Assembly (NCBI RefSeq): GCF_026626765.1
Contig: NZ_JAPNJZ010000012.1
Coordinates: 13,012 to 77,011, forward strand
DNA: 64,000 nt
Direction of reading: 5' to 3'
Source of the DNA: Corallococcus sp. bb12-1
Lineage (GTDB): Bacteria; Myxococcota; Myxococcia; Myxococcales; Myxococcaceae
Positions within the stretch are counted from its first letter, which is position 1; every line of letters starts with the position of its first letter. Of this stretch, positions 10,037-21,493 are shown one piece after another. The notes under the pieces were generated by a model. It searched no databases. It saw only the letters and a program-made list of their open reading frames with translations, and had not been told where the DNA came from. The position numbers were made by a program, and so were the translations under genes.

Positions 10037-12292
10037 ATGGCACAACTCGTCTATCGGCGCTACGGCGGCTCCCTCCAGGTCGACATCCCCGACTTCCACA
10101 CGCTCACCGAGGCGGTGCGGATTCCCGCGACGCAGTGGATGGCGCTCGCGTGTCCGCTGGAGGGCATCGCGTGCGACCCGCGCTTCCTCACGCTGATGGA
10201 CGCGGACGGCAACGGCCGCATCCGGGTGGAGGAGCTGCGCGCCGCGGTGGACTGGACGGCGGCGCGGCTGAAGGACGCGAAGGGCGCGGACGCGGGCAGC
10301 GACGTGCTGGATCTGTCGGCGCTCTCCGACACCGCGAACAACCTGCGCGGCGCGGCGGAGCTGGTGCTGCGCACGCTGCACGCGCCAGACGCCACGCGCC
10401 TGTCCCTGGAGCAGCTTCGCACCAGCGACAAGGCGCTGCGCGACGCGGGTTCCAATGGCGACGGCATCATCGCGCCCACGTCGCTGCCGGAGCGGCTGCG
10501 GCCCCTGGCGCAGGCCATCATCGCGGCCTTCCCGGCGGTGACGAACCGCGCGGGGCTGGTGGGCGTGGACGCGGCGCTGGTGAAGCGCTTCCGCGAGGAG
10601 CGGACGGCGCTGCTCGCGCACCTGTCCGGACGGGACGCGGTGTTCACCTGGGGCACGGCGAGCCTGGAGCAGGCGAAGCGCATCCACGACGTGGCGCCGC
10701 TCCTGGACGGCTACTTCGTGCAGTGCCGGCTCGTCGCCGCGCAGCCGGAGGCCGCCGCCAGCCTGCGCCTGCGCGCGGAGCGGGTGGAAGGTGCGTTGGG
10801 GGACGTAGGCGCCATGGGGAAGGCCGCGGGCGAGCTGCCCATCGCGTTGCCGGATCCGTCGGGCGTGCTCGTGTGGGCGCGGCTGTACCGGGGCCCCGGC
10901 TACGAGCGGCTTGAGGCCTTCCACCAGGAGGTGGCGACGCCGCTCCTGGGCGACGGTGTGAAGCTGACGGACACCGCGTGGAAGGAGCTGTCCGCGAAGG
11001 CGGAGGCCATCCTCGCGTGGCAGTCGAAGCGGGACACGCACGCGCTGCACGCGGTGGCGGACACGCTCTCCACGGTGTCGGACGAGGAGCTGGACGCGCT
11101 GGAGGCGGCGAGCCGCGAGGACCTTTCGCTCAAGGGCACGCTGGACGTCATCGCGGAGCTGGAGCGGCTGGTGTTGTACCAGCGCTGGCTCCTGGTGTTC
11201 GCCAACAACTTCATCAGCATGCCCAGCCTGTACCTGCCCAAGCGGCGGGGGCTGATGGAGCGGGGCACGCTCATCCTGGCCGGGCGCAAGTACACGCTGT
11301 CGGTGCTGGTGAAGGACCGGGCGGGGCACTCGGCGCTGACGGGGCAGGGCACCACGTGCATCCTCTACGTGAAGGTGCTGCCCAAGGACGGCGCGGAGGG
11401 CTACGAGGTCGCGGTGCCCGTCACGGCTGGCCGCAGCACGGAGCTCGTCGTGGGCAAGCGCGGCGTGTTCTACGACGTGGACGGCGTGGAGAGTGACGCC
11501 ATCGTCACGCAGGTGGTCCGCCAGCCGGTGTCGCTGTGGGAGTCCATGACGATGCCGTTCATGCGCATCGGCGCGTTCATCTCCGGCAAGGTGGAGAAGC
11601 TGGCGGCGTCGGGCGAGAAGGACTTCGATTCGACGCTGGAGCACGGCTACACGCAGACGGTGACGGCGCCCCCGGCCGGTGCGGCTCCCGTGGCGGCTCC
11701 GGCGGCTCCCGCGGCGGGAGGACTCGCTGGAGTGCTCGCGGCGGGTGGCATCGCGTTCGCGGCGCTGGGTTCGTCGCTGGCGTTCATCCTCACGCAGGTC
11801 AAGTCGCTGACGCTGGTGGACGTCATCACCGCGGCGACCATCCTGGCCATCGTGGTGATGGCGCCCGCGGGCCTGCTCGGGTGGATGAAGCTGCGGCGGC
11901 GCAACCTGGCGCTGCTCTTGGAAGGCTCCGGCTGGGCGCTCAACGACCGGCTGATGCTCACCCGGGGAGTGGCGACGCTCATCACCCGCCGTCCGAAGCT
12001 GCCGAAGAACGCGCGCGTGGACCGCTCCGACCTGGTGCGCGGGGCGCTGCGCCACACGCAGGACGACGACGAGAGCGACGGCATGTCCCTGGGGGCCCGC
12101 ATCGGGCTGACGCTGCTCGTGCTGTTCATCCTGCTGTGGCAGGTGCGCGTGTCCATCACGGAGTGGATGTGCACGCATCAGTGGCTGTCCGAAGACAGTT
12201 GCCGGGTGTTCCTGCCCAAGCTGGTGCCCTCTGAACTGCCGGGGGCGCCGGCGGTGGTCCCCGCCGCTCCGGCCCCGGTGCCCGCGAAGTAG
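10037..12292 (+). CDS. Large hypothetical membrane protein with EF-hand-like Ca-binding loop (DADGNGRIRVEE) and C-terminal TM helices
   Basis: Coding-like composition against an Arg/His-rich antisense frame. EF-hand consensus D-x-D-x-N-G-x-I-x-x-x-E near the N-terminus. Pro/Ala linker then 2-3 hydrophobic helices. An alternative GTG start at 9986 is possible. Confidence 0.55.
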   Translation: MAQLVYRRYGGSLQVDIPDFHTLTEAVRIPATQWMALACPLEGIACDPRFLTLMDADGNGRIRVEELRAAVDWTAARLKDAKGADAGSDVLDLSALSDTANNLRGAAELVLRTLHAPDATRLSLEQLRTSDKALRDAGSNGDGIIAPTSLPERLRPLAQAIIAAFPAVTNRAGLVGVDAALVKRFREERTALLAHLSGRDAVFTWGTASLEQAKRIHDVAPLLDGYFVQCRLVAAQPEAAASLRLRAERVEGALGDVGAMGKAAGELPIALPDPSGVLVWARLYRGPGYERLEAFHQEVATPLLGDGVKLTDTAWKELSAKAEAILAWQSKRDTHALHAVADTLSTVSDEELDALEAASREDLSLKGTLDVIAELERLVLYQRWLLVFANNFISMPSLYLPKRRGLMERGTLILAGRKYTLSVLVKDRAGHSALTGQGTTCILYVKVLPKDGAEGYEVAVPVTAGRSTELVVGKRGVFYDVDGVESDAIVTQVVRQPVSLWESMTMPFMRIGAFISGKVEKLAASGEKDFDSTLEHGYTQTVTAPPAGAAPVAAPAAPAAGGLAGVLAAGGIAFAALGSSLAFILTQVKSLTLVDVITAATILAIVVMAPAGLLGWMKLRRRNLALLLEGSGWALNDRLMLTRGVATLITRRPKLPKNARVDRSDLVRGALRHTQDDDESDGMSLGARIGLTLLVLFILLWQVRVSITEWMCTHQWLSEDSCRVFLPKLVPSELPGAPAVVPAAPAPVPAK

Positions 12293-12355
12293 GTCGTGCT
12301 CGCGCGCCGTCGTGAATCTTGCGAGGCTCGGGGAGGCCCCTAGGCTTCCCCGACC

Positions 12356-13258
12356 ATGTCGACCCTGTCTCCGCTCCTCGAGAAGTTCCGCGCCCACCTG
12401 GAAGACGAGAAGGACGCGTCACCGCACACGGTGCGCAACTACCTCATCGACCTGGTGGACTATGAGCGCTACCTCGTGGAGCGGATGAAGACGTCGCTCC
12501 TGGCCGGCACGCACGCGGCCATCCGGGGCTACCTGGGCACGCTCAGCGTGGACCACGCCCCCGCCAGCCGCGCGCGGCGGCTGGCGAGCATCAAGTCGTT
12601 CTACAAGTACCTGGTGCGGCAGAAGCTCCTGTCCGCCAGTCCCGCGAAGCTGGTGAAGAGCCCCAAGCTGCCCAAGACGCTGCCCAAGGTGCTGCCGGTG
12701 GAGGAGGTGTTCGCCATCCTCGACATTCCGGACGTGAACACGGTGCTGGGGCTTCGCGACAAGGCGATTCTGGAGATGCTCTACGGCGGCGGCCTGCGCA
12801 TCAGCGAGCTGTGCGGCCTGTCGCTGCTGGGCGTGGACCGCAGCAGCCGCATCGTCCGGGTGATGGGCAAGGGCAGCAAGGAGCGCCTCATCCCGCTCAA
12901 CGCGAAGTCCATCCGCGCGCTGGAGGCGTACCTCGCGAGGCGCGGCGAGCTGCTGGCCACGGTGCACGCGGGGCAGGATCCGGACGCGCTGTTCCTCAAC
13001 TTCCGGGGCGGCCGGTTGACGCCCCGGAGCATCGCGCGGCACCTGGATGCGTACGTGCTCCAGCTCGCGCTGGCGCGCAAGGTGAGCCCGCACGCGATGC
13101 GCCACTCGTTCGCCACGCACCTGCTGGGCGGCGGCGCGGACATCCGCAGCATCCAGGAGCTGCTGGGTCACGCGAGCCTGTCCACCACGCAGAAGTACAC
13201 CCACGTGACCTTCGAACAGTTGCAGGAAGTCTACGACGCCGCGCACCCTCGCGCGTGA
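12356..13258 (+). CDS. xerC: Tyrosine recombinase XerC/XerD family (chromosome dimer resolution)
   Basis: Catalytic R…HxxR…Y region (HAMRHSFATHLL…GHASLSTTQKYTHV) and conserved placement upstream of hslVU. Confidence 0.8.
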   Translation: MSTLSPLLEKFRAHLEDEKDASPHTVRNYLIDLVDYERYLVERMKTSLLAGTHAAIRGYLGTLSVDHAPASRARRLASIKSFYKYLVRQKLLSASPAKLVKSPKLPKTLPKVLPVEEVFAILDIPDVNTVLGLRDKAILEMLYGGGLRISELCGLSLLGVDRSSRIVRVMGKGSKERLIPLNAKSIRALEAYLARRGELLATVHAGQDPDALFLNFRGGRLTPRSIARHLDAYVLQLALARKVSPHAMRHSFATHLLGGGADIRSIQELLGHASLSTTQKYTHVTFEQLQEVYDAAHPRA

Positions 13259-13302
13259 CGAACCGTGGGGATGCCCTCACGTGCAGGCCGGGTGGAGAAG
13301 CC

Positions 13303-13680
13303 ATGAACTCGTTGAGCATGTCGATTCATGACGCCGCGGTTGTTGGCATCCATTCCAACCTTGATGACGAAGCATTGACCCTCGACCTCGTGCTTGAGGA
13401 CAAGAGGGAACTCCTGCTCGAGTTCAAGGGCGCTCAGCATTGGAACCTGGAGGGATACAGGCCCCAGAATGTGCTGTTCGGTATCTACGAGTGGCGGGCT
13501 GGCGAGGAAAAGACGGCCCAGGTCTGCGAGGAGCTGGGGTTGAGTGAGGGCTGGGTCGAGAGCATCCTGGCCGGTGAACTCGTGGTTTTCGAACTCGACC
13601 CTTCCGTGGGGTTGGGTGGCTATGTGCTTGCGCGTTCCATGGAGGTGCGGCCCGCTTCATCTCCCAAGGAGAACCGTTGA
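13303..13680 (+). CDS. Small hypothetical protein (125 aa), lower-GC insert between xerC and hslV
   Basis: ATG at 13303 with an ORF to TGA 13678-13680; no recognisable motif; third-position GC lower than neighbours. Confidence 0.4.
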   Translation: MNSLSMSIHDAAVVGIHSNLDDEALTLDLVLEDKRELLLEFKGAQHWNLEGYRPQNVLFGIYEWRAGEEKTAQVCEELGLSEGWVESILAGELVVFELDPSVGLGGYVLARSMEVRPASSPKENR

Positions 13681-14069
13681 TGTCGAACCGGAACGAAGAG
13701 GTGGAGCAGTACATGGCGGCGCTCGAACATCCGCTGAAGGCGGAGATTGAAGCCGTGCGCAGCGCCATCCTTGCCTCCGACAAGACGCTCACCGAGCGCA
13801 TCAAGTGGAAGGCCCCCAGCTTCTGTCACGGCGGCGATGACCGGGTGACATTCCGGCTGGCTCCCAAGGGCATCTTCCAGGTCATCCTGCACCGGGGCGC
13901 GAAGGTGAAGGACGCGACGGGCTTCGCCTTCGAGGACGACTCGGGGCTGGTGGAGTGGGCGGCCGTGGACCGGGGCGTCGTCACGCTCAAGGACGCGAAG
14001 GACGTGAAGGCGAAGAAGGCGGCCCTGGTGAAGCTGGTGGGCCGTTGGATCCAGGCCACCGTGGCCTGA
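13680..14069 (+). CDS. DUF1801 (YdhG/YdeI-like) domain protein
   Basis: Pattern …YMAALEHPLKAEIEAVRSAIL…ERIKWKAPSF…GDDRVTFRLAPKG… typical of DUF1801; TGATG overlap with the previous gene. Confidence 0.55.
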   Translation: MSNRNEEVEQYMAALEHPLKAEIEAVRSAILASDKTLTERIKWKAPSFCHGGDDRVTFRLAPKGIFQVILHRGAKVKDATGFAFEDDSGLVEWAAVDRGVVTLKDAKDVKAKKAALVKLVGRWIQATVA

Positions 14070-14150
14070 AGGGCCCTCTGAGGGTGAGGGAGCGGACAGC
14101 CGGGCCGTGTTTGCTGGTGGGGGAGGGGCGGGCTTGTTAAACCTCCCGCC

Positions 14151-14678
14151 ATGTTCCACGGCACCACCATCCTCTGCGTCCGCCGCGACCAGAAGGTCGT
14201 CATCGCGGGCGACGGCCAGGTCAGCCTCGACAAGACCATCATGAAGAACACGGCGCGCAAGGTGCGCCGCATTGGCGACGGGCAGGTGCTCGCCGGCTTC
14301 GCGGGCAGCACCGCGGACGCCTTCACGCTCTTCGAGCGCTTCGAGGCCAAGTTCAAGGAGCACCAGAAGAACCTGACCCGCGCCTGCGTGGAGCTGGGCA
14401 AGGACTGGCGCACCGACCGCTTCCTGCGCCGCCTGGAGGCGCTGCTCATCGTCGCGGACCGGGAGAAGACCTTCATCCTCTCCGGCGCGGGCGACGTCAT
14501 CGAACCCGACCACGGCATCGCCGCCGTGGGCAGCGGCGGTTCCTACGCGCTGTCCGCCGCGCGCGCGCTCCAGGCGAACACGCAGATGTCGGCCCGTGAC
14601 ATCTGCACGCAGTCCATGGCCATCGCCGCGGACATCTGCGTCTACACGAACTCCAACGTCACCTACGAAGAGCTCTGA
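14151..14678 (+). CDS. hslV: ATP-dependent protease subunit HslV
   Basis: N-terminal catalytic Thr right after Met ([13 protein letters not shown]…[13 protein letters not shown]…[14 protein letters not shown]). Confidence 0.9.
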   Translation: MFHGTTILCVRRDQKVVIAGDGQVSLDKTIMKNTARKVRRIGDGQVLAGFAGSTADAFTLFERFEAKFKEHQKNLTRACVELGKDWRTDRFLRRLEALLIVADREKTFILSGAGDVIEPDHGIAAVGSGGSYALSAARALQANTQMSARDICTQSMAIAADICVYTNSNVTYEEL

Positions 14679-14690
14679 GAGGACCGCCCC

Positions 14691-16088
<1,398 letters not shown>

Positions 16089-16196
16089 CGCGCTAGCGTC
16101 CCCGCCGTTGTCCCCCGCGCAGCACGAATCGTGAGGAAGACCGCCTTGTCGCAACCGTCGCCATCCCCCGTCGCCTCTCCTGGCAACGACGCCCTC

Positions 16197-17375
16197 ATGC
16201 AGAAGGCGAAGCAACACCTGCTGCAGAACTACAAGCAGCAGCCCATCGCCCTGGTGCGCGGGCTGGGCACGCGGGTGTGGGACGCGGACGGCAAGGCGTA
16301 CCTGGACTGCATCGGCGGCATCGCCGTGTGCGCCCTGGGCCATTGCCACCCGGAGGTCGTCGCGGCGGCGAAGGCGCAGTTGGACCTGCTGTGGCACGTC
16401 TCCAACGTCTTCTATTCGCAGCCGCAGATCGACTTGGCCGCGCAGTTGACGGACTGGGCGGGCCTGCCTCGCGCGTTCTTCTGCAACTCCGGCGCGGAGG
16501 CCAACGAGGCGCTCATCAAGCTGACCCGCAAGGTGATGAAGGACCGGGGCACGCCGGAGCGCTTCGAGCTCATCACCTTCGACAAGAGCTTCCACGGCCG
16601 CACCCTGGCCACCGTCACCGCCACCGGCCAGCCCAAGTACCACGCGGGCTTCGAACCGCTGCCCGCAGGCTTCAAGCACGTGCCGTACGGGGACCTGGAG
16701 GTGGTGCGCCGCGCCGTGGGCCCCTCGACCGCGGCCATCCTGGTGGAGCCCATCCAGGGCGAGGGTGGGGTGCGCATGTCGCCCCCGGGTTTCCTCCAGG
16801 GCCTGCGCGCGCTGTGCGACGAACACGGCCTGCTCCTGCTCGTGGACGAGGTCCAGACGGGCATGGGCCGCACCGGCCTGCCCTTCGGCTTCATGCACGA
16901 CGGCATCCAGCCGGACGCCATCAGCATCGCCAAGGCGCTGGGCAACGGCCTGCCCATGGGCGCCATGCTGTGCCGCGAGGAGCTGGCGAAGAGCCTCACC
17001 CCCGGCACCCACGGCTCCACCTTCGGCGGCAACCTGGTGTCCGCCGCCGCGGCCAATGCCGTCCTGCGCCTCTTGCGCCAGCCTGAGCTGCTGCCGGACG
17101 TGCAGGCGAAGGGCGAGCACTTCCTCGCGGGAGCGCGGACGCTCCAGGCCGCGCTGCCGGAAGGGCGCATCAAGGCCGTGCGGGGCAGGGGACTGTTGCT
17201 GGGCGTCGAGCTGGACCGGGAGGTCGCGCCCATCATCGCGAAGCTGCGCGATGCCGGACTGCTGGTGAACTCCGCGGGGGACACGACGCTGCGCTTCGCC
17301 CCTCCGCTCATCATCACCCGGCAGGAACTGGACGAAGCCCTGGGCATCCTCCAGCGTGTGCTGGCTTCCCTCTAG
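16197..17375 (+). CDS. argD: Class-III PLP aminotransferase, acetylornithine aminotransferase-like
   Basis: …FHGRTLATVTATGQ…LLLVDEVQTGMGRTG… (PLP-Lys region); start placed at MQKAKQHLLQNYKQ. Upstream in-frame ATG 16131 possible. Confidence 0.75.
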   Translation: MQKAKQHLLQNYKQQPIALVRGLGTRVWDADGKAYLDCIGGIAVCALGHCHPEVVAAAKAQLDLLWHVSNVFYSQPQIDLAAQLTDWAGLPRAFFCNSGAEANEALIKLTRKVMKDRGTPERFELITFDKSFHGRTLATVTATGQPKYHAGFEPLPAGFKHVPYGDLEVVRRAVGPSTAAILVEPIQGEGGVRMSPPGFLQGLRALCDEHGLLLLVDEVQTGMGRTGLPFGFMHDGIQPDAISIAKALGNGLPMGAMLCREELAKSLTPGTHGSTFGGNLVSAAAANAVLRLLRQPELLPDVQAKGEHFLAGARTLQAALPEGRIKAVRGRGLLLGVELDREVAPIIAKLRDAGLLVNSAGDTTLRFAPPLIITRQELDEALGILQRVLASL

Positions 17376-17412
17376 CCGCCTTCCCTTGAAGGGGCCCGTC
17401 ACATCCGGGGCG

Positions 17413-17442
17413 TTTGACGCCTTGCGTCCCGGACACCTACAC
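17413..17442 (+). promoter_or_regulatory. Candidate sigma70-type promoter (TTGACG-N18-TACACT) upstream of the J-domain/Hsp70 pair
   Basis: Read directly from sequence; about 27 nt before GTG 17469. Confidence 0.25.
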
Positions 17443-17468
17443 TTTGGGATTCGCCTGCCGCGGAACGT

Positions 17469-18752
17469 GTGACCTTGAGCGCGCCCAACCCCATCGTCGG
17501 CCTGGGGGGCCGGACCGACCACATCGCCACGGTGCCCCACCTGGATCCGTCCCGCCTCCAGCTCAGCTCGGAGGAGGGCTCGGTGCTGGCGCTGGTGGGC
17601 CGTGTCGAGCGCATCGACGCGGTGCTGTCCCGCTCCTCGCTGGGCGAGGCCCGCACCATCGCCGTGCTGCTGTCCCTGCGCGCCAAGGGCGCCATCGTCC
17701 CCGCGCGCGTGGTGCAACGCGCTACCCCCGCCGCCCCGGCCGTGGATGCCTCCATGGCGGAGGAAGTGGACCTGGAGCCAGAACAGAAGCGCGAAATCAT
17801 CGACCTGGAGCGCGCGCTGGACGGGATGGACCACCACGCGGTGCTGGGCGTGCCCCGGGGCGCCACCGCCGCGGAGGTGAAGCAGGCGTATTACAACGCG
17901 TCCCGGCGCTTCCACCCGGACCGCTACTTCGGCAAGAACCTGGGCAGCTTCCGAGCCCGGCTGGAGCGCATCTTCAAGCGCCTCACCGACGCCCAGAACG
18001 CGCTCAGCCGCGCGGAGCTGCCCCCTCCCGCTGCCGCCGCCCCCGCCACGTTGTCCTCGGCGCCCCGTCCGGTGCCCGCGGCCGTGGCGCGCCCACCGTC
18101 CGGGGCCTTTGCTTCGGTCCAGCCGCCCGCCGCCCCCGCGGAGCCCGCCCCCGGGCCCGTTGACGCGGAGTCGGAGGCCCGCCGCGCCGAGCGTCAGGCC
18201 CGGCTCGCGCGCCACCCGTACATGGCGCGCACCCACAAGCTCACGGAGCTCATCGCCCGGGGCAAGACGGCCATCGTGAAGGGTGACTTCGAGCGGGCCT
18301 ACCAGGACTTCAACCACGTGCTGGGCCTGGATCCGAAGAACCGCGAGGTCGCCGCGCTGCTCGTCGACGCGCGCCGCAAGCACGACCTGCACCGCGCGCA
18401 GGCCGAGGTGGAGCGGGGCCAGGAGATGGAGATGCGCGGGGACTTCGCCGGGGCGCACGCGGCCTACAAGCTGGCCGTGTCGCTCAACGGGGACAACGCG
18501 GAGGCGGCCTTCCAGGCTGCTCGCGTGGGCCGCGAGCTGGCGCATGACGCCAACGAGGTGCGGGCGCTCGCGCAGCGCGCGGTGGAATTGAAGCCGAGCC
18601 GTGGGGATTACCAACTGCTGGTGGCGCATGTGCTGCTGGCGGCGGGGCAGAAGAAGCAGGCCAAGCATCACTACGAGGAGGTCGTGCGCCTGGATCCGGA
18701 CAACGCGGAGGCCCGTGCGGCCCTCAAGAAGTTGCGTTGGACGTTCTCGTGA
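17469..18752 (+). CDS. J-domain (DnaJ-like, HPD motif) protein with C-terminal TPR repeats
   Basis: Central J domain (DHHAVLGVPRGATAAEVKQAYYNASRRFHPDRY). C-terminal TPR-like helices (…AYQDFNHVLGLDPKNREVAALLVDARRKH…AHAAYKLAVSLNGDNAEAAFQAAR…). Confidence 0.7.
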   Translation: MTLSAPNPIVGLGGRTDHIATVPHLDPSRLQLSSEEGSVLALVGRVERIDAVLSRSSLGEARTIAVLLSLRAKGAIVPARVVQRATPAAPAVDASMAEEVDLEPEQKREIIDLERALDGMDHHAVLGVPRGATAAEVKQAYYNASRRFHPDRYFGKNLGSFRARLERIFKRLTDAQNALSRAELPPPAAAAPATLSSAPRPVPAAVARPPSGAFASVQPPAAPAEPAPGPVDAESEARRAERQARLARHPYMARTHKLTELIARGKTAIVKGDFERAYQDFNHVLGLDPKNREVAALLVDARRKHDLHRAQAEVERGQEMEMRGDFAGAHAAYKLAVSLNGDNAEAAFQAARVGRELAHDANEVRALAQRAVELKPSRGDYQLLVAHVLLAAGQKKQAKHHYEEVVRLDPDNAEARAALKKLRWTFS

Positions 18753-18767
18753 GGTGCATGCTTCCCC

Positions 18768-20612
18768 ATGGCTGAGTCCGGACCGCTGATTGGCATCGAC
18801 CTGGGGACGACGAACAGCCTCGTCGCGACCGTGCAGGACGGTCAGCCGCTCATCATCAAGAACCGCACGGGCGCGCCCCTCACCCCGTCCGTGGTGGCGG
18901 TGTCGAAGAACGGCAAGCGGCTGGTGGGCGGCATCGCCAAGCGACAGGCCATCACCAACCCGCAGGACACGGTGTCTGCGGCCAAGCGCCTCATCGGCCG
19001 CAAGTTCTCCTCGCACCCCGTGCAGGACGCGTTGCGCGCCCTGACGTACCAGGTGGTCTGCGGCGCCCATGACGACGTGCGCATCCGGCTGGCCGGCCGC
19101 GACCTGGCCGTGCCGGAGGTCAGCGCGATGATCCTGGCCGAGCTGAAGGCGGACGCGGAGGCGCACTTCGGCCGGCCCGTCACCCAGGCGGTCATCACCG
19201 TGCCGGCCTACTTCAACGACGGCCAGCGGCAGGCCACCAAGGACGCGGGCCGCATCGCCGGGCTGGAGGTGCTGCGCATCATCAACGAGCCCACGGCGGC
19301 GGCGCTGGCGTACGGCTTCGGGCGCACGGTGAATGGGAAGATCGCCGTATTGGATCTGGGCGGCGGCACCTTCGACGTGTCGGTGCTGGAGATCAACAAC
19401 GGCATCTTCGACGTGGTGGCCACGGGCGGCGACACCTTCCTGGGCGGTGAGGACTGGGACCACCGCATCATCGAATGGATGGTGTTCGGCTTCGCCAAGG
19501 AACACGGCATCGACCTGCGCAAGGACCGCATGGCGTTGCAGCGGCTGAAGGACGCCGCGGAGAAGGCCAAGGTGGAGCTGTCGTCGGTGAAGGAGACGCA
19601 GGTGCACCTGCCCTTCATCTGCACGCCGCCGGGCGGAGGCGCCGCGCTGCACCTGCAGTCCACGCTCACCCGCGAGAAGCTGGAGGACCTGACGGCGGAC
19701 CTGGGCGAGCGCCTGGTGGGCATCACCTCCGAGGTGCTGGGCGAGGCGAAGGTGCGCCCCTCGGAGCTCAAGGAGGTCGTCCTCGTGGGGGGCATGTCGC
19801 GCATGCCCCGCATCGTGGAGCAGGTGCGCCAGTACTTCCGCCGCGAGCCCTGCAAGGGCGTGCACGCCGAGGAGGTGGTGGCCCTGGGCGCCGCCATCCA
19901 GGCGCACGCGCTGGTGGCGCAGGAGGGAGAGCTGCTGCTCCTGGACGTCACGCCGCAGAGCATGGGCGTGGCCATCGCGGGCGGCTATGTGCGCCGGCTG
20001 ATTCCGCGCAACACCACCGTGCCCACGTCCGCGACGGAGGTGTTCGCCACCTCCAAGGACTTCCAGCGCACGGTGAAGATCATGGTGCTCCAGGGCGAGC
20101 ACGAACTGGCGCACCACAATGAGTTGTTGGGCGAGTTCCTCCTCACCGGCCTGCGGGAGGCTCCGCGCGGTCAGGTGGAGATCGAGGTGACGTTCGACAT
20201 CAACGCTGAAGGCATCGTGTCCGTGTCCGCGAGGGACCGTGACACCGGCCTGCGCCAGTCCATCACCGTCACCGCGTCCAGCGGCCTCACGGAGGATGAG
20301 CTGCGCCGCATCATGGACGAGCAGCGCGACTGGCTCGTCACCGCGCGCGCCTCGGAGGAGCTGAAGACCAGGCGCGTGGAGCTGGACATCCTGGCCCGGG
20401 ACCTGGTGGACGCGCTCTCCCGCGTGCGGCTCCTGCCCGGGGCCGGAGGGCTGTCGCCCGACGTCGTCACCCGCGCCGAGCAGGCCCTGGACCAGGCGCG
20501 GCAGGTGCGCGGAGGCGAGGACGTGGGCGCGCTCACGCGAGCCTGCGAAGCGCTCTCCCAGAGCCTGCCGCTCTTGCGCTCGGCCAGTCCTCGCGGGACG
20601 CCGGGAAGGTAG
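18768..20612 (+). CDS. Hsp70-family chaperone (DnaK paralogue, 614 aa, lacks EEVD tail)
   Basis: [27 protein letters not shown] and [13 protein letters not shown] motifs; 15 nt after the J-domain gene. Confidence 0.85.
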   Translation: MAESGPLIGIDLGTTNSLVATVQDGQPLIIKNRTGAPLTPSVVAVSKNGKRLVGGIAKRQAITNPQDTVSAAKRLIGRKFSSHPVQDALRALTYQVVCGAHDDVRIRLAGRDLAVPEVSAMILAELKADAEAHFGRPVTQAVITVPAYFNDGQRQATKDAGRIAGLEVLRIINEPTAAALAYGFGRTVNGKIAVLDLGGGTFDVSVLEINNGIFDVVATGGDTFLGGEDWDHRIIEWMVFGFAKEHGIDLRKDRMALQRLKDAAEKAKVELSSVKETQVHLPFICTPPGGGAALHLQSTLTREKLEDLTADLGERLVGITSEVLGEAKVRPSELKEVVLVGGMSRMPRIVEQVRQYFRREPCKGVHAEEVVALGAAIQAHALVAQEGELLLLDVTPQSMGVAIAGGYVRRLIPRNTTVPTSATEVFATSKDFQRTVKIMVLQGEHELAHHNELLGEFLLTGLREAPRGQVEIEVTFDINAEGIVSVSARDRDTGLRQSITVTASSGLTEDELRRIMDEQRDWLVTARASEELKTRRVELDILARDLVDALSRVRLLPGAGGLSPDVVTRAEQALDQARQVRGGEDVGALTRACEALSQSLPLLRSASPRGTPGR

Positions 20613-20692
20613 CCGCGCATGTCCGGCCTTCACGCCCCGCACCGGCGATGTCTCCCCCAGCTCCAGGGCGTGGAGCCGCGTCACGCTCCGCG

Positions 20693-21493
20693 ATGGAGTT
20701 CCCCATGAACACGCTCCGGGCCAGACAACTGGTCGAAGCCGGGTTGCTGTTGCGACTGAGTGGCGACACGCCGGGCGCGGAGAAGCTCTTCGTCCGGGCA
20801 CTGGAGCTGGATCCCGCCAACACGCGCGCGCGCCAGTTGCTGACGCAGGCGGGCAGGGCTTCCGCTGCCCCGGCGAACGCGGCGGCGCCCGACCTGGAAG
20901 GGGACTGGGGTGCATGGGCGGATGCCGTGAGCCCCGGCCCCGCGGAGCCGCTGCCGGAGTCGGTGAACCTCCCGGAGGGGACGGGGACGCCGGGCGACGC
21001 GTTGGATCTCATCGCGGAGGCGCACCGCACCCAGGAGTTCGGCCTCCCGGAGAGCTTCTCCGGGATGGGAGCGCTGCCCCAGGGCTCGGAGGTGGAGACC
21101 CTGCTGCAGGGCGCGGAGGATCTGCTGACGCTGGATGACCATTCCGGCGCGGTGGACCTCTTGCGCCGGGCCCAGTCGCTGGCGCCGGAGGACCCGCGCG
21201 TGGAGGCGCTGCGCGACCGCAGCGAGCGCATCCTGGTGGGCATGTTGGAGGCCCGCCTGGGGGACTTGAACCGCATGCCCCGCGTGCGGTTGCAGCCGGA
21301 CGACATCATCTGGCTCAACCTGGATCACCGCGCGGGCTTCGTGCTCGCGCAGATCGACGGCGCGGTGAGCTTCGACGACCTCTTCGCCCTGTCCGGGATG
21401 TCGCGGCTGGACACCGCGCGCATCCTCGCGCAGCTGCTCGACGAGGGCATCATCGCCCCCGGCGAGTCGCCCGTGTCTACGCGGGGCGGATGA
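20693..21493 (+). CDS. Hypothetical protein co-oriented downstream of Hsp70
   Basis: ORF with coding-like codon usage; acidic/Pro-rich middle, conserved-looking C-terminal block (…IIWLNLDHRAGFVLAQIDGAVSFDDLFALSGMS…); no family recognised. Confidence 0.45.
   Translation: MEFPMNTLRARQLVEAGLLLRLSGDTPGAEKLFVRALELDPANTRARQLLTQAGRASAAPANAAAPDLEGDWGAWADAVSPGPAEPLPESVNLPEGTGTPGDALDLIAEAHRTQEFGLPESFSGMGALPQGSEVETLLQGAEDLLTLDDHSGAVDLLRRAQSLAPEDPRVEALRDRSERILVGMLEARLGDLNRMPRVRLQPDDIIWLNLDHRAGFVLAQIDGAVSFDDLFALSGMSRLDTARILAQLLDEGIIAPGESPVSTRGG

Noticed and set aside
9860-12397. 845-aa minus-strand ORF opposite the 768-aa membrane protein
   Set aside because: Its translation is Arg/His/Gln-rich low complexity. 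The plus-strand frame has hydrophobic TM segments and an EF-hand loop, so the plus strand was chosen.
12356-13258. Tyrosine recombinase as a possible integrase of a mobile element
   Set aside because: It sits in the conserved trmFO-xerC-hslVU context, with no flanking repeats, tRNA or phage genes, so it is the chromosomal Xer recombinase.
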